Positions 13,355-25,696 of a DNA stretch of 33,113 nt are shown here, piece after piece (the stretch's first letter is position 1; the number at the start of each line of letters is the position of its first letter). Origin of the DNA: Proteromonas lacertae (lineage: Eukaryota); assembly GCA_002245135.1 (NCBI GenBank), contig NGBS01000895.1, positions 62,001 through 95,113 on the forward strand, given 5' to 3'. The notes under the pieces were generated by a model. The model searched no databases and was not told the DNA's origin. It worked only from the letters and a program-made list of their open reading frames with translations. The position numbers and the translations under genes were made by a program.

Positions 13355-16300
13355 ATGCCAAGCAGTGATACTATAGCCAAATATATAGCATCGAACTGCT
13401 CACCTGTCTTGATGACAGTGGCTTCGAAGAGTGTTGAAAAGTCTTGTCAACTCAATGGTGTCTCTTTTGCTGATCTACTTAGGTATATTATATATCAGGA
13501 TTTATAAAATACTAGACCTTTTGGTATAAACGATAGTAAAGGATCATCTGTTAAAACTACTTCCAAGTCATATAAACTTAAGAATTTTACAATTAGAGTT
13601 GTTCCAAATCATGAAATAGGTGCAAAAGATCAAGAATTAGTTGAAAATTGTTTAATTAACAGTTTAGCTAAAAACTCACCTGATATTTCAGATGAGTATT
13701 TCAAAAGCATTCAAATTAATGATGAAGGTATTCCTGGAGAATATTTCGATACACCCTACATTTCATCATTTTTATCAGAGTTATTCAGATCTTTGAATGA
13801 TTATTCTTTTGATTTATTTGGTCATCCATTCAGTATATTATATGCAGTATCGACCAATGATAATGATCCTATTAAAAAGATGGATAAATTGACAAGTGAG
13901 AAATTACCTCAAAATTTCAAAGATGTATATATATTTTTTATTATTTGTTAATGTATAGGGTGTGTATAATGATGATATTCCTTCATTCTATGTATTAGTC
14001 GATGATGCATCCACCGAATCAGAATTAGATTTATCTAAAACTATGAAAGACATGAAAAAGAAGTTCGGCTCGTCCAAATGTTTCTTATTAACTATCAATT
14101 CAAGCCACGAAGTACCCAATATGGAACAAATCGATGTATGGAGTGAAAAGAAGTTAAATTCAATGACAAATCCAAAATACAATGTCTCTCCACCAGAGAA
14201 TGGTGTTTATGGTTCATTACTAAGTCCAGATGATATTATTGGTATTCAAACCCTAATGAAGACAATAATAGAAAAGGGAATAATCACTGATATGGAGAAT
14301 AAGATGGATGAATTAGACACTATTATTCAAAATGAGAGAAAAGGATTGAAGAATATGTTTAGAGGATGGGGAAGTGGTACTGTGAAGAAAGGAAGAGCTG
14401 GTGATAATTATACGCAAGATTCGATAGATTGGAAGTTGATTATGTATGCGAATATGTTGTTTATGGTAAAGGTATTTAAATAATAAAATTACATCTTCTC
14501 CTACTTTCTACTTTTTTATTTTTTCATTCTTCTATCACATTTTTTATATTTATATATATATATATATATACTTTTATTTTATGCTTATATATATATATAT
14601 TTTTTAATAGGATTATGAAGGTGCATTAAACCACTACAAACTTGCCAAAGATGACTTTAAATCTGAAGGAGTAGCTCTTCCAACTGGTAATACTTATTTC
14701 ATGATTGGATTATGTCAATTCCTGTGTAATCAGACAGAAAAGAATATCAACCACAATATGGAACAATGTTATAATATCTTAAAATCAGTCAATAAAGCTT
14801 CACAGAAATTATTATCTAAAAGAATCTTGACAAGAATGACATTAATCTATTATTATATGTTGGATAGAAATCCTGAATATGATATTATCCCAATTATTAC
14901 ATTATTAATTAAACTATCACCAGATGAAACACCTGTATGTTCAGGAATTATATTAGAGAAGACTGCAGAATGTTATTTAAGATTTGATCCTCCAAGACTT
15001 CGAAGAAATGCATTTCATCTCATACTTAGTGGTAATTCATTTACAGAATGTGATGGTAATTTACTGTCAAAACATATTATCAGGAATTATTCTTTAGCGA
15101 AGTTAGTGTATAATGAAAGTTGGGATTCTGTACAAGATCATATTGGACATACAATGGCTGTTCAGTTATCTCATGATAAACAATACAATAAATCTGTTGA
15201 ACTGTATAGTGATATTATTGGTAAAGGAAAACAATCAAAAGATCAACAATCTGAATATATTGATGAATTGAAAAAGACTATCGATATTCTATTAATATCA
15301 TCCTCATCAATGGAGAATAAAGATGAAAATGACAAGTTATATTCATTAGATATTTCTTTACCAGAAATTGATAATACATCCGTTCAACTATTATCATATA
15401 ACAATGCAATGAGTGAAGCAGCGGTAATTGAACAACAATCACTCTCAGAGAATCAAATTTGGAATGATATAAACGACTTAATTATTAGGGAACAAGAAGC
15501 TATTGGATTAGGATATACTCGATTAAAGAGAAAGAGAAGAATTCCAGGGTTTTATCCACAAGATAAAATAAAAGATAGAGTAGTGAATGAACCTATATTC
15601 ATATCCTTTGATTTGATTAATCCGTTGAATATTGAATTGAATATTAAAGATATGAAATTGAACGGTACAATTTCAACAACAACAACTACTACTACTACTA
15701 CTGAAGGTAAAGATGAAAGTGAAAATAATAATAATGAAGATGCATTAGAATTAGAACAACAATCTATTACATTAGAACCAAAAAGTAAAAAAAGAGCCAT
15801 ATTAAAATTAATCCCCAAAATACCAGGTAAATTGGAAATAAAAGGAGTATCTTGGAATGTATTGGATAATATCTGTACAACTCATAAATTTGAATTAATT
15901 GGTCCATTATTAAACGACAGTCGTAGGAATCGCGCTTTAAGAACGCATGCTACTGATAATCGATTAATATCGAATGTTGTTGAAGATAGACCTTGGTTAG
16001 GAGTAGAATGGGATAATTTCCCTTCAATAATATATGAAGGAGAGATAATAAAAACAGAATTTACTGTAAAAAATTATGGAAAAATTCCACTGGAAAAATT
16101 AATTATTTGTAGTCCAACACCTATTTGGTGTATTGAAGATAAAAATGGAAATATCTTAGAACCAATTGGACCAACAGGAATTATTATTCCATTATTAAAT
16201 CAATTAGAATCAAATCAAAGTGAGAAGTTTACAGCTTATATAAGAGGTCCAGGAGTTGGTAATAATAGAGAATGTAGAATAATATTCCAATATGAAATGA

Positions 16301-17577
16301 TGAAGAATAAAGAAAACAATGAACAATCCACTCAAAAGAAGAAAACTATATTAGAAATCCGTCAAGTGAATATGTTGAAAGTATTTAAATGTATTTCATC
16401 ACTTAAAGTTCAAACTACAGCTAATCCTTCATATGAAAATCCTATTGAGAATCAATTCCATTTAGATATAACAATGCCCAAATCAGATGTTCCATTTAAA
16501 GCACAATTGGAAATATCTCAAATCACTATGATTGGACAAAATTGGAGTTGTAGTCATTATACTGATAAGAATCCATCTGCTATTATAGTAGTCCCAGGAA
16601 TGGAGTATTGTCATACAATCAATATAACTCCACAAAATGATATAAAGAATGATAATGTAATCGAATACATTAACTTAGAATTTGAGAATAAAAGTATAAC
16701 CAAAATTGAAGATTCAAAAATCAATTTATATTTCCTACGAATGGCTAATGGTAGAGCAATTTATCACAGTGAGAATGAATTATATGAAAGAAAAGTAAAA
16801 GAATATGAGAATAAAGGATTACCTTATGACGATCCAACTCCACTGGATAAATTATCTTTATCTTATTCAATTGATTCATTTGTATGTAATAAAGACGAAG
16901 TTCATTTGTTATTATTATGGAATATAAAAGGAAGTGAAAGAAAAGGCCAAACACATATAATGAAACGAAATATTAGTTTAATGGCAAATCGAAATAATCC
17001 AGTGTTATTATCATTGAATTATGAAGTAAATGTAAATCATAATTTTGATAATGATGGATATTATAAAGCTAATATAATTGCCAAATTATTTCTACCTAAA
17101 CAACAGTTAAACAATAATAATAAAAATGATGAAATAATAATAGGATTTGGTGTGAAAAATTTACCCCCATCCATATTTTGGATTAAAAAGACTTCTTATA
17201 TATTGAAATTACAACCAAATAAGATTGAAACTATTTCATTAAGTTGTATGATTACTTCTCCTGGTATTTATGATTTGAATTTATTCACAATCTCCATGTT
17301 AGATGAGAATTATAATATAATAAACAAAAGTCATAATATAACAAATCAATATTTAATAATAGTGAATAATATAGAGAATAGTAGTAATACTAATATATCA
17401 AACCTTCGAACTCGCTCAAACAGTGTATTAATGTCAATGCAACAAGAAAGTCCATTTATTGATTCTGGTCCATTGTATGATGGTATAGATATTAAAGCGA
17501 TGTATAAAAATAAGAAGAGTAAGAAAGATGACTTAATATCTGTTACTCTTACACCATTACCTCCTCCAGATATGTAG
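13355..17577 (+). CDS. TRAPPC8: Trafficking protein particle complex III subunit 8 (Trs85/TRAPPC8), 4 exons
   Basis: N-terminus SPVLMTVASKSVEKSCQLNGVSFADLLRPFG; HPF..LYAVST; CFLLTINS; YANMLFMVKDYEGALNHY; RRNAFHLILSG; VNEPIFISFDLINPLNIEL. Introns 13483-13515, 13925-13958 and 14472-14610 keep the frame. Confidence 0.88.
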
Positions 17578-18227
17578 AATTATTTTATTTTATTATATAA
17601 TATTGTTTCTATTCCTATTTTTTGTTGTTGTTTTATATAAGAGTAGATAATAAAAGAGTAAATAATGAATTTAGTGTTGAAAAAACTTGAACTAAATCCA
17701 AAATGATATATATTAATTGTTTTAATTAGAATTATGCTTAAACTACTCAACATCACGATTTTGTTCCATCATATTTTCCAATTCTTGAAACAGCAACTTA
17801 CAAGCATAAACAATACACATCGTATTCACATTTTCATTACTTCTACAATATTCAAACCAACATTTATAACTCATCATACACTCCACAACAATATTTTATG
17901 CCATTAACTTATAATAATAACTATTAATGAAATATTTATATAAGAATTCATATTCAAAATGCTGATTCATACTCTCACATATTTATATTAAGATTCATTA
18001 TCAATAACATAAACTAACACTATCACTTACTATTTATCATTTGTATCATTACAACATATGCAATATGCATTAATAAATCATAATAGAGCTTACTATTTAG
18101 ATTTATACACTAATTTAATTTGTAATATAGGTATTTAGGATGTTTTTTCAATCTTTTTAATTTTTGGGTTATTCAAAATTTTGATAAAAATCAAATTTCG
18201 TTATTTTTGTTTTATATTCACATAAAG

Positions 18228-20347
18228 ATGATAATAAAAGTGAATAAAAGCATAAGAGAAGAGGGGTATATTTTGTATTTATTTTTATGATAGATTATGT
18301 CGAAAATTGGTAGAAAGTGGTTTTGGTGATATAGAAGTGAAGATTAGAGATAATCGAATAATGTCAATCAAGTCAATTTTAGTGAATGGAAATGAAACTG
18401 TAAAGAAACTGTTATTAGATAGTGAGTTTGTTGGAGTTTTGGAGTTATATGAAGAAATCGAAGAAATTGGCTATTATGAGATGGAGAAATACTACAGTGG
18501 TGGTGAATTGATAATCTGTAAAGAGAGTGTATGTGAAGTGTTGATGTTTTGTTTATGTTATTGTGAAAAAGAGATAATAAATGATTGTTATGAATTTGTG
18601 AAGAATAATATAGATGATGAAGTATTAATGAAATTAATTCATATCTGTAATGTATTTGGTGGATGTTTGAGAGAGATAGAAGACTTGAAAAATATGGAAA
18701 TAGAAAAGCGAGGATATAAATATTTATATAAGAATGAATATTTGTTGAGATTAGAAATGAATAATTTGATAGAGATATTAAATATGAAAGATTTGATAAT
18801 TCGAAGTGAGAGTTGGTTATTAAATCGTTTATTGGAATGGTATAAATTCCCAAAGAATAAGAAAGATAATAAAGAGATTAAAGATGATTTTAAGCAATTG
18901 ATAGAAGAAGATATTGATGTAGAAAAGATAAAAGAGAAAGAGATAGAAAAAGAGAATAAAGAAATGTTGAAAGAGATGAAAATAGAATTAAAGAAAAATG
19001 AATGTAAAAATCATATAGAATTATGTTTAATAAAAGATGAAAGAATTCAAAGTGTAATAATCAACAAATACAATGAAGATAATAAAGAAGAAGACTTTAA
19101 TGAAGAAGAAAGAAGAATATTGGATAGAATGAAAGAAGAAGAATTGAATGATGAAATAATGTGTATATTAGAAATGAATAATATAAAAATGATGGAAATA
19201 GTATTGATGATAATGAAATATAAAAATGTGAAAAAGGAAAGTATAAATACTAAAAATATATTTAAATAGAATATATCTCAAATATCGAAAAGAGAACTAT
19301 GTTTGATAGATTATGTATAGAATATAATGAGAGTAAAAGAAATCGAACAATGAAATGTTTATGTTTGTTTGTTGATGATAAAAAGAATATTTCAATAATA
19401 GAAGAAGTATGTGGAAAAGAAATTCTTTTTAGAATATTGAATGAAGATAATTATTTAAACTCCAAATCTAAAGAATTATTAATAGAATATATAAAAGAGA
19501 ATAAACTGAGTTTAAAAGAAGAAGAAGAAATGATAAAAATAATAAAAGATAAAGAATTATTGAAAGAATTAAAAACAAAAGAAATCACATTATTTTCATA
19601 TCCTCAATCAGAATATTTATTTGCTATTTATGAAGGAATGTTAATAATTCCTTAATTTGATGAAAATCGATATGAATTTTCAATCAATCCTTCATTGCCA
19701 GATGGTTTAATGATAAAAAAGAGAATGGAATAATTCATGGAAAAGTGAATAAAGAAATTGAAAAGAGAGATAATGAAATAATATGTAAGAATATTGTAAA
19801 TGAAAAGAAATTCAAAATATCATTAGAATTTATGTTAGGAAAATTTACAGAATTAAACAAAAGTGATGGAATAGAAGTATCAAATAATGGAAAATTAATA
19901 ACAAATATAAATACATATGGTTCTCATCATTGGTATTTAAATTTGAAAATGGAAAATGGAGTTTATCATATCAAATATAAATATCATCAAAATGGTAGTT
20001 ATTATGATGGAATGATGTTAGGATTATCAACTAATAATACATATTCTGGTAATAGCATTTATTATCAATCAACAGTATGTAATTATGTTGCATATAATGG
20101 TAAAAGTCAAGATATTACTTCATATTGTCATATTGGAAGAGTTGTTAATGAAAATCCAAATTTCAATGATTGTGGAGATGGTTCTATTTATGAAGTGATT
20201 ATTGATATGAATAAAAGAGAATTTTGGATTAGTCATAATGATTCATCTCCTGTTTTACTTGTTAAAGATTTACCTTCTCCATTATATTCATATGCTGAAT
20301 TAGGAGGATATATTTCAATTGAATTATTATCAGTTTCTCATCAATAA
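18228..20347 (+). CDS. BTB/BACK-like - Ig-like (He_PIG-type) - SPRY-like protein, probably disrupted
   Basis: ATG at 18228; introns 18266-18293 and 19241-19269. BTB/BACK features: GFGDIEVKI, YYSGGELII, CYEFVKNNI, ILNMKDLIIRSESWLLNRLLEW. Ig-like FSINPSLPDGL..ENGIIHGK is interrupted by in-frame TAA (19653-19655) and a frameshift near 19715-19720. The C-terminal domain is homologous to that of gene 63-1542. Confidence 0.7.
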
Positions 20348-20874
20348 AGTTAGATAATAATAACATTTACATTCTTTATAATGTGTTGCTGTTTATATCA
20401 GTCGAATTATTATCATTTCTCAGCCGAATTAGTCTTAATTAAATACTTATTCTTTTTTATATATATTATTATTTTAACTAATTGGTAAATCATTATTTCA
20501 ACATCTTTTCAATCTTTTAATATAACTTTTATATTGCAAATAATATTCTATCTACAACTACTGTGTAACTATTTCATATTAAGATACATCCTTTCTCATT
20601 ACATTTACACATAAATTACCTAAACACAACAACACTTTGTCGATTAAGTAAGTAATAAATTTTGAATAATAAAAATTGATTTTTTTATATTCACTTATTC
20701 TAGGAAAATTTCATGATGGTTATATTTAGCTGATTTTCATTGAATAATGTGATTTGTTGTTTGTTGGTTTGATTAGAATTCTCAGTATTCACAATTCAGT
20801 TTTTATTAAATTTTTGGGATAATTATTGAAATATATTCGTTATTTTTACAGTATAGTTTTTTCGATTTTTCTTT

Positions 20875-23800
20875 ATGACTGAATATGTTATTACAAAAAT
20901 ACCACTGTCAGAATCTCGAAGTGATCAAATTACATATGTATAACCTTTTTATATATCCATTAGATGTCTTCAGTTACAGATTTTGAAACAGATTTTATAG
21001 ATAAGCATTATAGAGTGTATAATACAGAAAGTCACTTCTGTATATCGACAATAAAACACAAAAGAAGTCTTGCATAAGTTTCATCAAAAGAAAGAACAAG
21101 AGAAGTATATATTATATAATTATCAATATTAGCATCTTCAGCAATGGTTTTATCTGTTATAAATGCATTATATAATTTACATGAGAATGGGCTTTGTCAC
21201 ACTAGTGTGAAAGCTACAAACATATTTGAGAGTGAAAATGGTTATATTCTATCTGATGTAGGTAAATATTACTTTCATAACAACAAAACTCTCAAAGAAA
21301 AAGGATTTAAAATACCAGAAGAAATGATAGAAAGAAAAAGTGTTTGTTTTGAATATAAGAAAGATAATGAGATGTTGGGAGATTTATTAGAAGAATATAT
21401 TAATGATAGTGTAATAGAAAAGAAAGAAGATTATAATGGAATAATGAAAGAGTTAAAAGAGAGTAAAAATGATTTAGATTTATTGAATTTATTACATAAA
21501 TATCAATCAATATTTCCAAAACCATCAATCACTGTAGAAACAATCTTAAGAAGAGAATTTTACAAATTGGGTTATTTCGAATATCCTGTGATAGATAATA
21601 TATCAATATCAAAATATCTTGAAATCATAAAAAATGATATAGATGAAAAAGTAAAATACTATTTGAGTGTTTGTTTATTAAATTCAATCTCAATGAGTAT
21701 ATTTGTTTATTTATTTAATGTTATTAGATGAAGAAAGAAGAATAGAAATAAGTGATGAGGAATTTGTTGAATTAAAAGAAATATTCTATGAAGAGATTAA
21801 GAGAAACAATAAGAATGGATTAAAGGAATTATCAACTCCAATAAACAGAGAAATATTTGAAGAAGTATTTAAAGATAGAAATACAGAAGAAATCAATTTA
21901 AAGAATAGTATATTTTCTATTATTGTTATAGAGATTCCATCCCTTTCAAAATATGAATGGGTTTTATTTTCAATAATATTAAGTTGTTTTGAAAATGTGA
22001 AAGTATTGAATTTGGGAAGTAATTCTATAAAAATAATGAATACCAAACATATAATTCAAGGAATTCGACGCTATAGTCATTTAAAAGAATTAACGCTGAG
22101 TAGTATATTATTTATATAATTATTATTATTATGAAATAGGAATGATATTTACATACACCTCATTAAAGATTTTGTCTAATATAGTAAAAGAAAATCAAAA
22201 TTTGGAGAATTTGGATATGAGAGATACTAAAAATTATTACACCAACTACTTTCCAATAAAGAAATGGAATGATGGAATAAAACAGGTTTTAAAAAATTGT
22301 CCAAATCTGACATATCTTAATATGAAATGTATAATAATCAATATATTCTTCATTTAGATAATATTCTATCACATTTAGATGAATCATTAGGTATTTTAGA
22401 TGGAATAAAAAGAATGACTAAACTGAAGAAAATAAATTGTAGTTGTATTTTGATATAATACTATATATAGGGAATTATTTTGATGTTCCAGATGAATATG
22501 ATTGTAGCAAAATGTATGATGAAGGCATAGAGAAAAATGGGAATATATTGAGTAAAAATGATCTTAACAATCGAAATATTATCATAAATACAGGAAAATA
22601 TGTAAGTGGATTGATAGAAAAATTATTTAACTTAAGAATTCTCAAATTGAAATGTATTTATTTTCTTTTATAATAATTAAATAGCTTGTACAATAACAGA
22701 TAATATAATGATTGAAATATGTAAATCGTTGAATCAGTTATCTCAATTAGAAGAATTGAATTTAGAAGATAATAAATTAACTGAAAAATCAATGTATGAA
22801 TTAGGAGAATGTATTTATGAAATGAGAGAATTGAGAGTATTGAATATTAGTTGTATTTTTTTGATTATCAGTATTTTAATAGATAATAGAATAAATGATT
22901 ATGGGATATTTCTTCTTTTCCAAAATTTCGAAAATGAAATAATCTCACCAAAATTAAATGAAATAATTATAAACAAAAATAACATTCATTGTGAAGGGTT
23001 TTATCATTTTTTATTTTTTATTAGAAAATACAAATCAATAACCAAATTATCTGTTAATTTTCAAAGTGATTTAGATAAAAACAATGAAATAGATATTGCT
23101 CTATTTAAAGAATCAATGAACTATCTCAAAGAACTAAATAATATAGAAGAATTAACAATTTCAAGTATATCAAATAATCATTTGTTTTATAGACACCCGA
23201 ATGGGTGATTCAGGAATCAAGATATTTTCTAATGTAATGAAATATTTACCAAAACTAAAATCACTTGATATTTCTTGTATATTCATAGTTGATATGTATA
23301 TTATAGATACAATGATAAAATCAGATGGTTTATGTAAATTAATAAATGAGATAAGCCATAACTGTAAGAATATAGAGTTATTACTAATAGAAGGAAATAA
23401 AATATGTAATGAATTAGTTATAGAATTTAATAGGTTTCTTTTATCAAATTTACAACTAAAGAATCTCAGTCTATCATGTATTAATTAATGTTTTTATATT
23501 TTTCATTATAAGGGAATAAATTAGATAAAATCCATAGTTATGCTTTAGCAGAAACATTTAAATATCTTTCAAATCTTGAAGAATTCTCAGTAGATAATAT
23601 AAAATATTCTCAAAATGTTCTGAAAACACTGTTTATATATTTGAAACAGAATAAAAAGATGAAAAAACTAACAATTGAATGTATATTATTATTTTTTATT
23701 AATTGATATTGAATAGATTGTGATTTTGATAAAAGTATGATTTTAGAGTGTGTTGAATCATTGAAACAATTTAATGATTTAAAAGAACTTACTCTTGTAG

Positions 23801-24427
23801 GTTGTAATATTAGATCAAAATTGATGCTTTATTTAAAAGATGGATTGAAAAATCTTTACAAATTAGAAATGTTAGATTTATCATGTATAAAATATTATTA
23901 ATAAATTCTATTGTTTAGATAATCACATAAATTCTGATGGAATTAATTATTTATGTGATTGTTTTGATTCACTTCAAAATCTCTTAGAGCTGAAAATGGA
24001 TTATAATTTCTTTGGATTTGATGGAATAAATACACTTACTAAAAATATTGGGAAATTATTAATTTTGAGCATTTTATATATATCAGATAATAATTTTGGT
24101 GAAGAAGGGTTATTAGAAATACTTGATGTTTGTGAAATTGATCATAGAAAGGCAATTCAATATTTTTATAAATACTTATATAGTAATTGTGTTGAAAGAA
24201 ATCTTGATAAAATTGTGTATTTAATAAAAGGAGAAGATAGAGGAAGAAAAAAATGGTATTATTTAGAAATGGATATGTGTGATAAAAAAAAGTTTATTGC
24301 TGCAACAAATAGTGTTAATCTAAATTTAGATGATTATGGAAAGGTGATATATTCTGATTATGGAGAGAATCCTCCTCAAGATATCAAAGATAAAATTCAT
24401 CAATATTATGCATATGTTATTGATTAA
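20875..24427 (+). CDS. Degenerate pseudokinase - LRR - extra C-terminal domain protein, ~15 exons; 5' part appears disrupted
   Basis: Introns at 20938-20963, 21105-21132, 21697-21727, 21908-21931, 22103-22139, 22329-22357, 22445-22470, 22654-22684, 22853-22882, 23165-23192, 23277-23306, 23478-23512, 23681-23716 and 23885-23918. The kinase remnant is LHENGLCHTSVKATNIF..SDVG. RI-type LRRs follow. In-frame TAA at 21075-21077 and an apparent 1-nt slip near 21144. Confidence 0.75.
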
Positions 24428-24700
24428 AATATTCTATTTTCTATATTGTTTATACCAAACTCATTTGATCTATATTACATATATCTGTAAACGCATTTAA
24501 GAAGAAAGTACCATATTTTATTTATGAAAAATAGTATAGAATTGTATTTAGACTTTTTTTGGTGAAAATTATGTTATATTGCAGTTATACGATATGAGCC
24601 TAAAAAATAAATAAGACACAAGAGAAAAAAGTAAAAAGGCAGAAAAGGACAAAGGAAGGAACAAAACGTAAAAGTAAGTCCTTATAATAATGAATAATAA

Positions 24701-24831
24701 AGGGAAATAGCACAGTGTGCCATTTCCCTATATGTGTTTTTGATTCAAAAAATAGCCGTTTCAATGTGTGCTATTTCCCTATAGTGTATTTTTACCGTTA
24801 CATTTTGTTTCTAAAAAATATCCGTTACATT
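24701..24831. repeat. Inverted/direct repeat cluster at the putative left terminus
   Basis: AGGGAAATAGCACA (24701-24714) is followed by its reverse complement with one mismatch (24716-24729) and a perfect reverse complement (24767-24780). Three CCGTT(T/A)CA motifs are interspersed. Confidence 0.85.
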
Positions 24832-24969
24832 CTTTCTTTAATTTTTTGATTATTCTTGTCTTTGTAGTTAGAATTTAGTTTTAATTATGATACAGTTTCA
24901 TCCCCAACACATATAGATTCGAATGAAGTAGTTAACTCGAAATATTAACTCTAATGATCATTTAATTAA

Positions 24970-25521
24970 TTAATTCTTCTTCAGCTTCTTTAATGATTTC
25001 ACACCATCTATTTGTAATTTGGTATACATTTCAATTTTTGGCGGATTGACTGTAGAAGGGAAATTATAATAAATATTGATGGCTTGCCCAACTACCTCTT
25101 GATACTTAAATATGTCATCAACCATTAACGAATGTAACTTACTTACTACATCTATCGTTGTCTCACCATAACATTTGAGAATGTCATGCCATTGACAGCC
25201 ATTGTCTCTTATATAATCTAAATTTCTTTCAAATAGTAACCTCTTCTTAAACAACGACATTTCTGAGTTGAAACTTAGAGTACTTTGAGCTGTTGTAAAA
25301 ATGTCATCTAATTTTATGATGGTTTCATCTAAATAAATTCTGAATAACTCCTCTTGGGCAGTTGTCATCTTTTTATATATTCCTCTACTACCTTTAGCTG
25401 CAAATGGTTGAAGGATACATCTGATATCTCTAACTTTTTTAATTAAGTTAGGAAAACCATCCACTATCATCTGAAAATCTCTATGATATAACTCATCATA
25501 GGATCTTTGATGTTTAGACAT
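24970..25521 (-). CDS. Hypothetical protein of the element, 183 aa, predicted helical
   Basis: Intronless ORF with ATG, preceded by the element's ATATCCGTTTCA motif; no family recognised. Confidence 0.7.
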   Translation of the reverse strand: MSKHQRSYDELYHRDFQMIVDGFPNLIKKVRDIRCILQPFAAKGSRGIYKKMTTAQEELFRIYLDETIIKLDDIFTTAQSTLSFNSEMSLFKKRLLFERNLDYIRDNGCQWHDILKCYGETTIDVVSKLHSLMVDDIFKYQEVVGQAINIYYNFPSTVNPPKIEMYTKLQIDGVKSLKKLKKN

Positions 25522-25696
25522 CTTAATATTGAAAATTAATGATAGGGATTGAAACGGATATATTTTTTATTTTCTCGAAACCTAATTGGATGACTCCTAT
25601 ACGTGTTCCAATATGATTGGTCAAAACATATATCTTTATCAACTAACCAATTAATTGAGATAAAAAATAAAAAAATATTCGTTTCATATAGATATT
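25522..25696. promoter_or_regulatory. Bidirectional promoter 1 of the element
   Basis: Lies between divergent ORFs; outward-facing CGTTTCA motifs at 25550-25567 (-) and 25671-25686 (+); four CCAAT/ATTGG boxes (25585, 25608, 25616, 25647). Confidence 0.65.

Noticed and set aside
14472..14610. Unusually long (139-nt) TRAPPC8 intron as a snoRNA or element host
   Set aside because: It consists of pyrimidine tracts and (TA)n microsatellites, with no box motifs or terminal repeats seen.
17700..18120. Possible decayed minus-strand gene remnant
   Set aside because: The strand bias looks coding-like, but no reconstructable frame or recognisable motif was found.
2152..21077. Stop-codon reassignment suggested by in-frame TAA at 2152, 19653 and 21075
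   Set aside because: TAA and TAG terminate intact genes here (1542, 11050, 17577, 24427), long conserved exons have no internal stops, and the affected genes also carry frameshifts.
1..24427. Blastocystis-type stop codons created by polyadenylation
   Set aside because: Every reconstructed gene has a genomic stop codon; the TGTTTGTT near 20758 is not at a gene end.
24701..24831. CRISPR-like array
   Set aside because: Only two or three copies, mixed orientation, no regular spacers, eukaryotic context.
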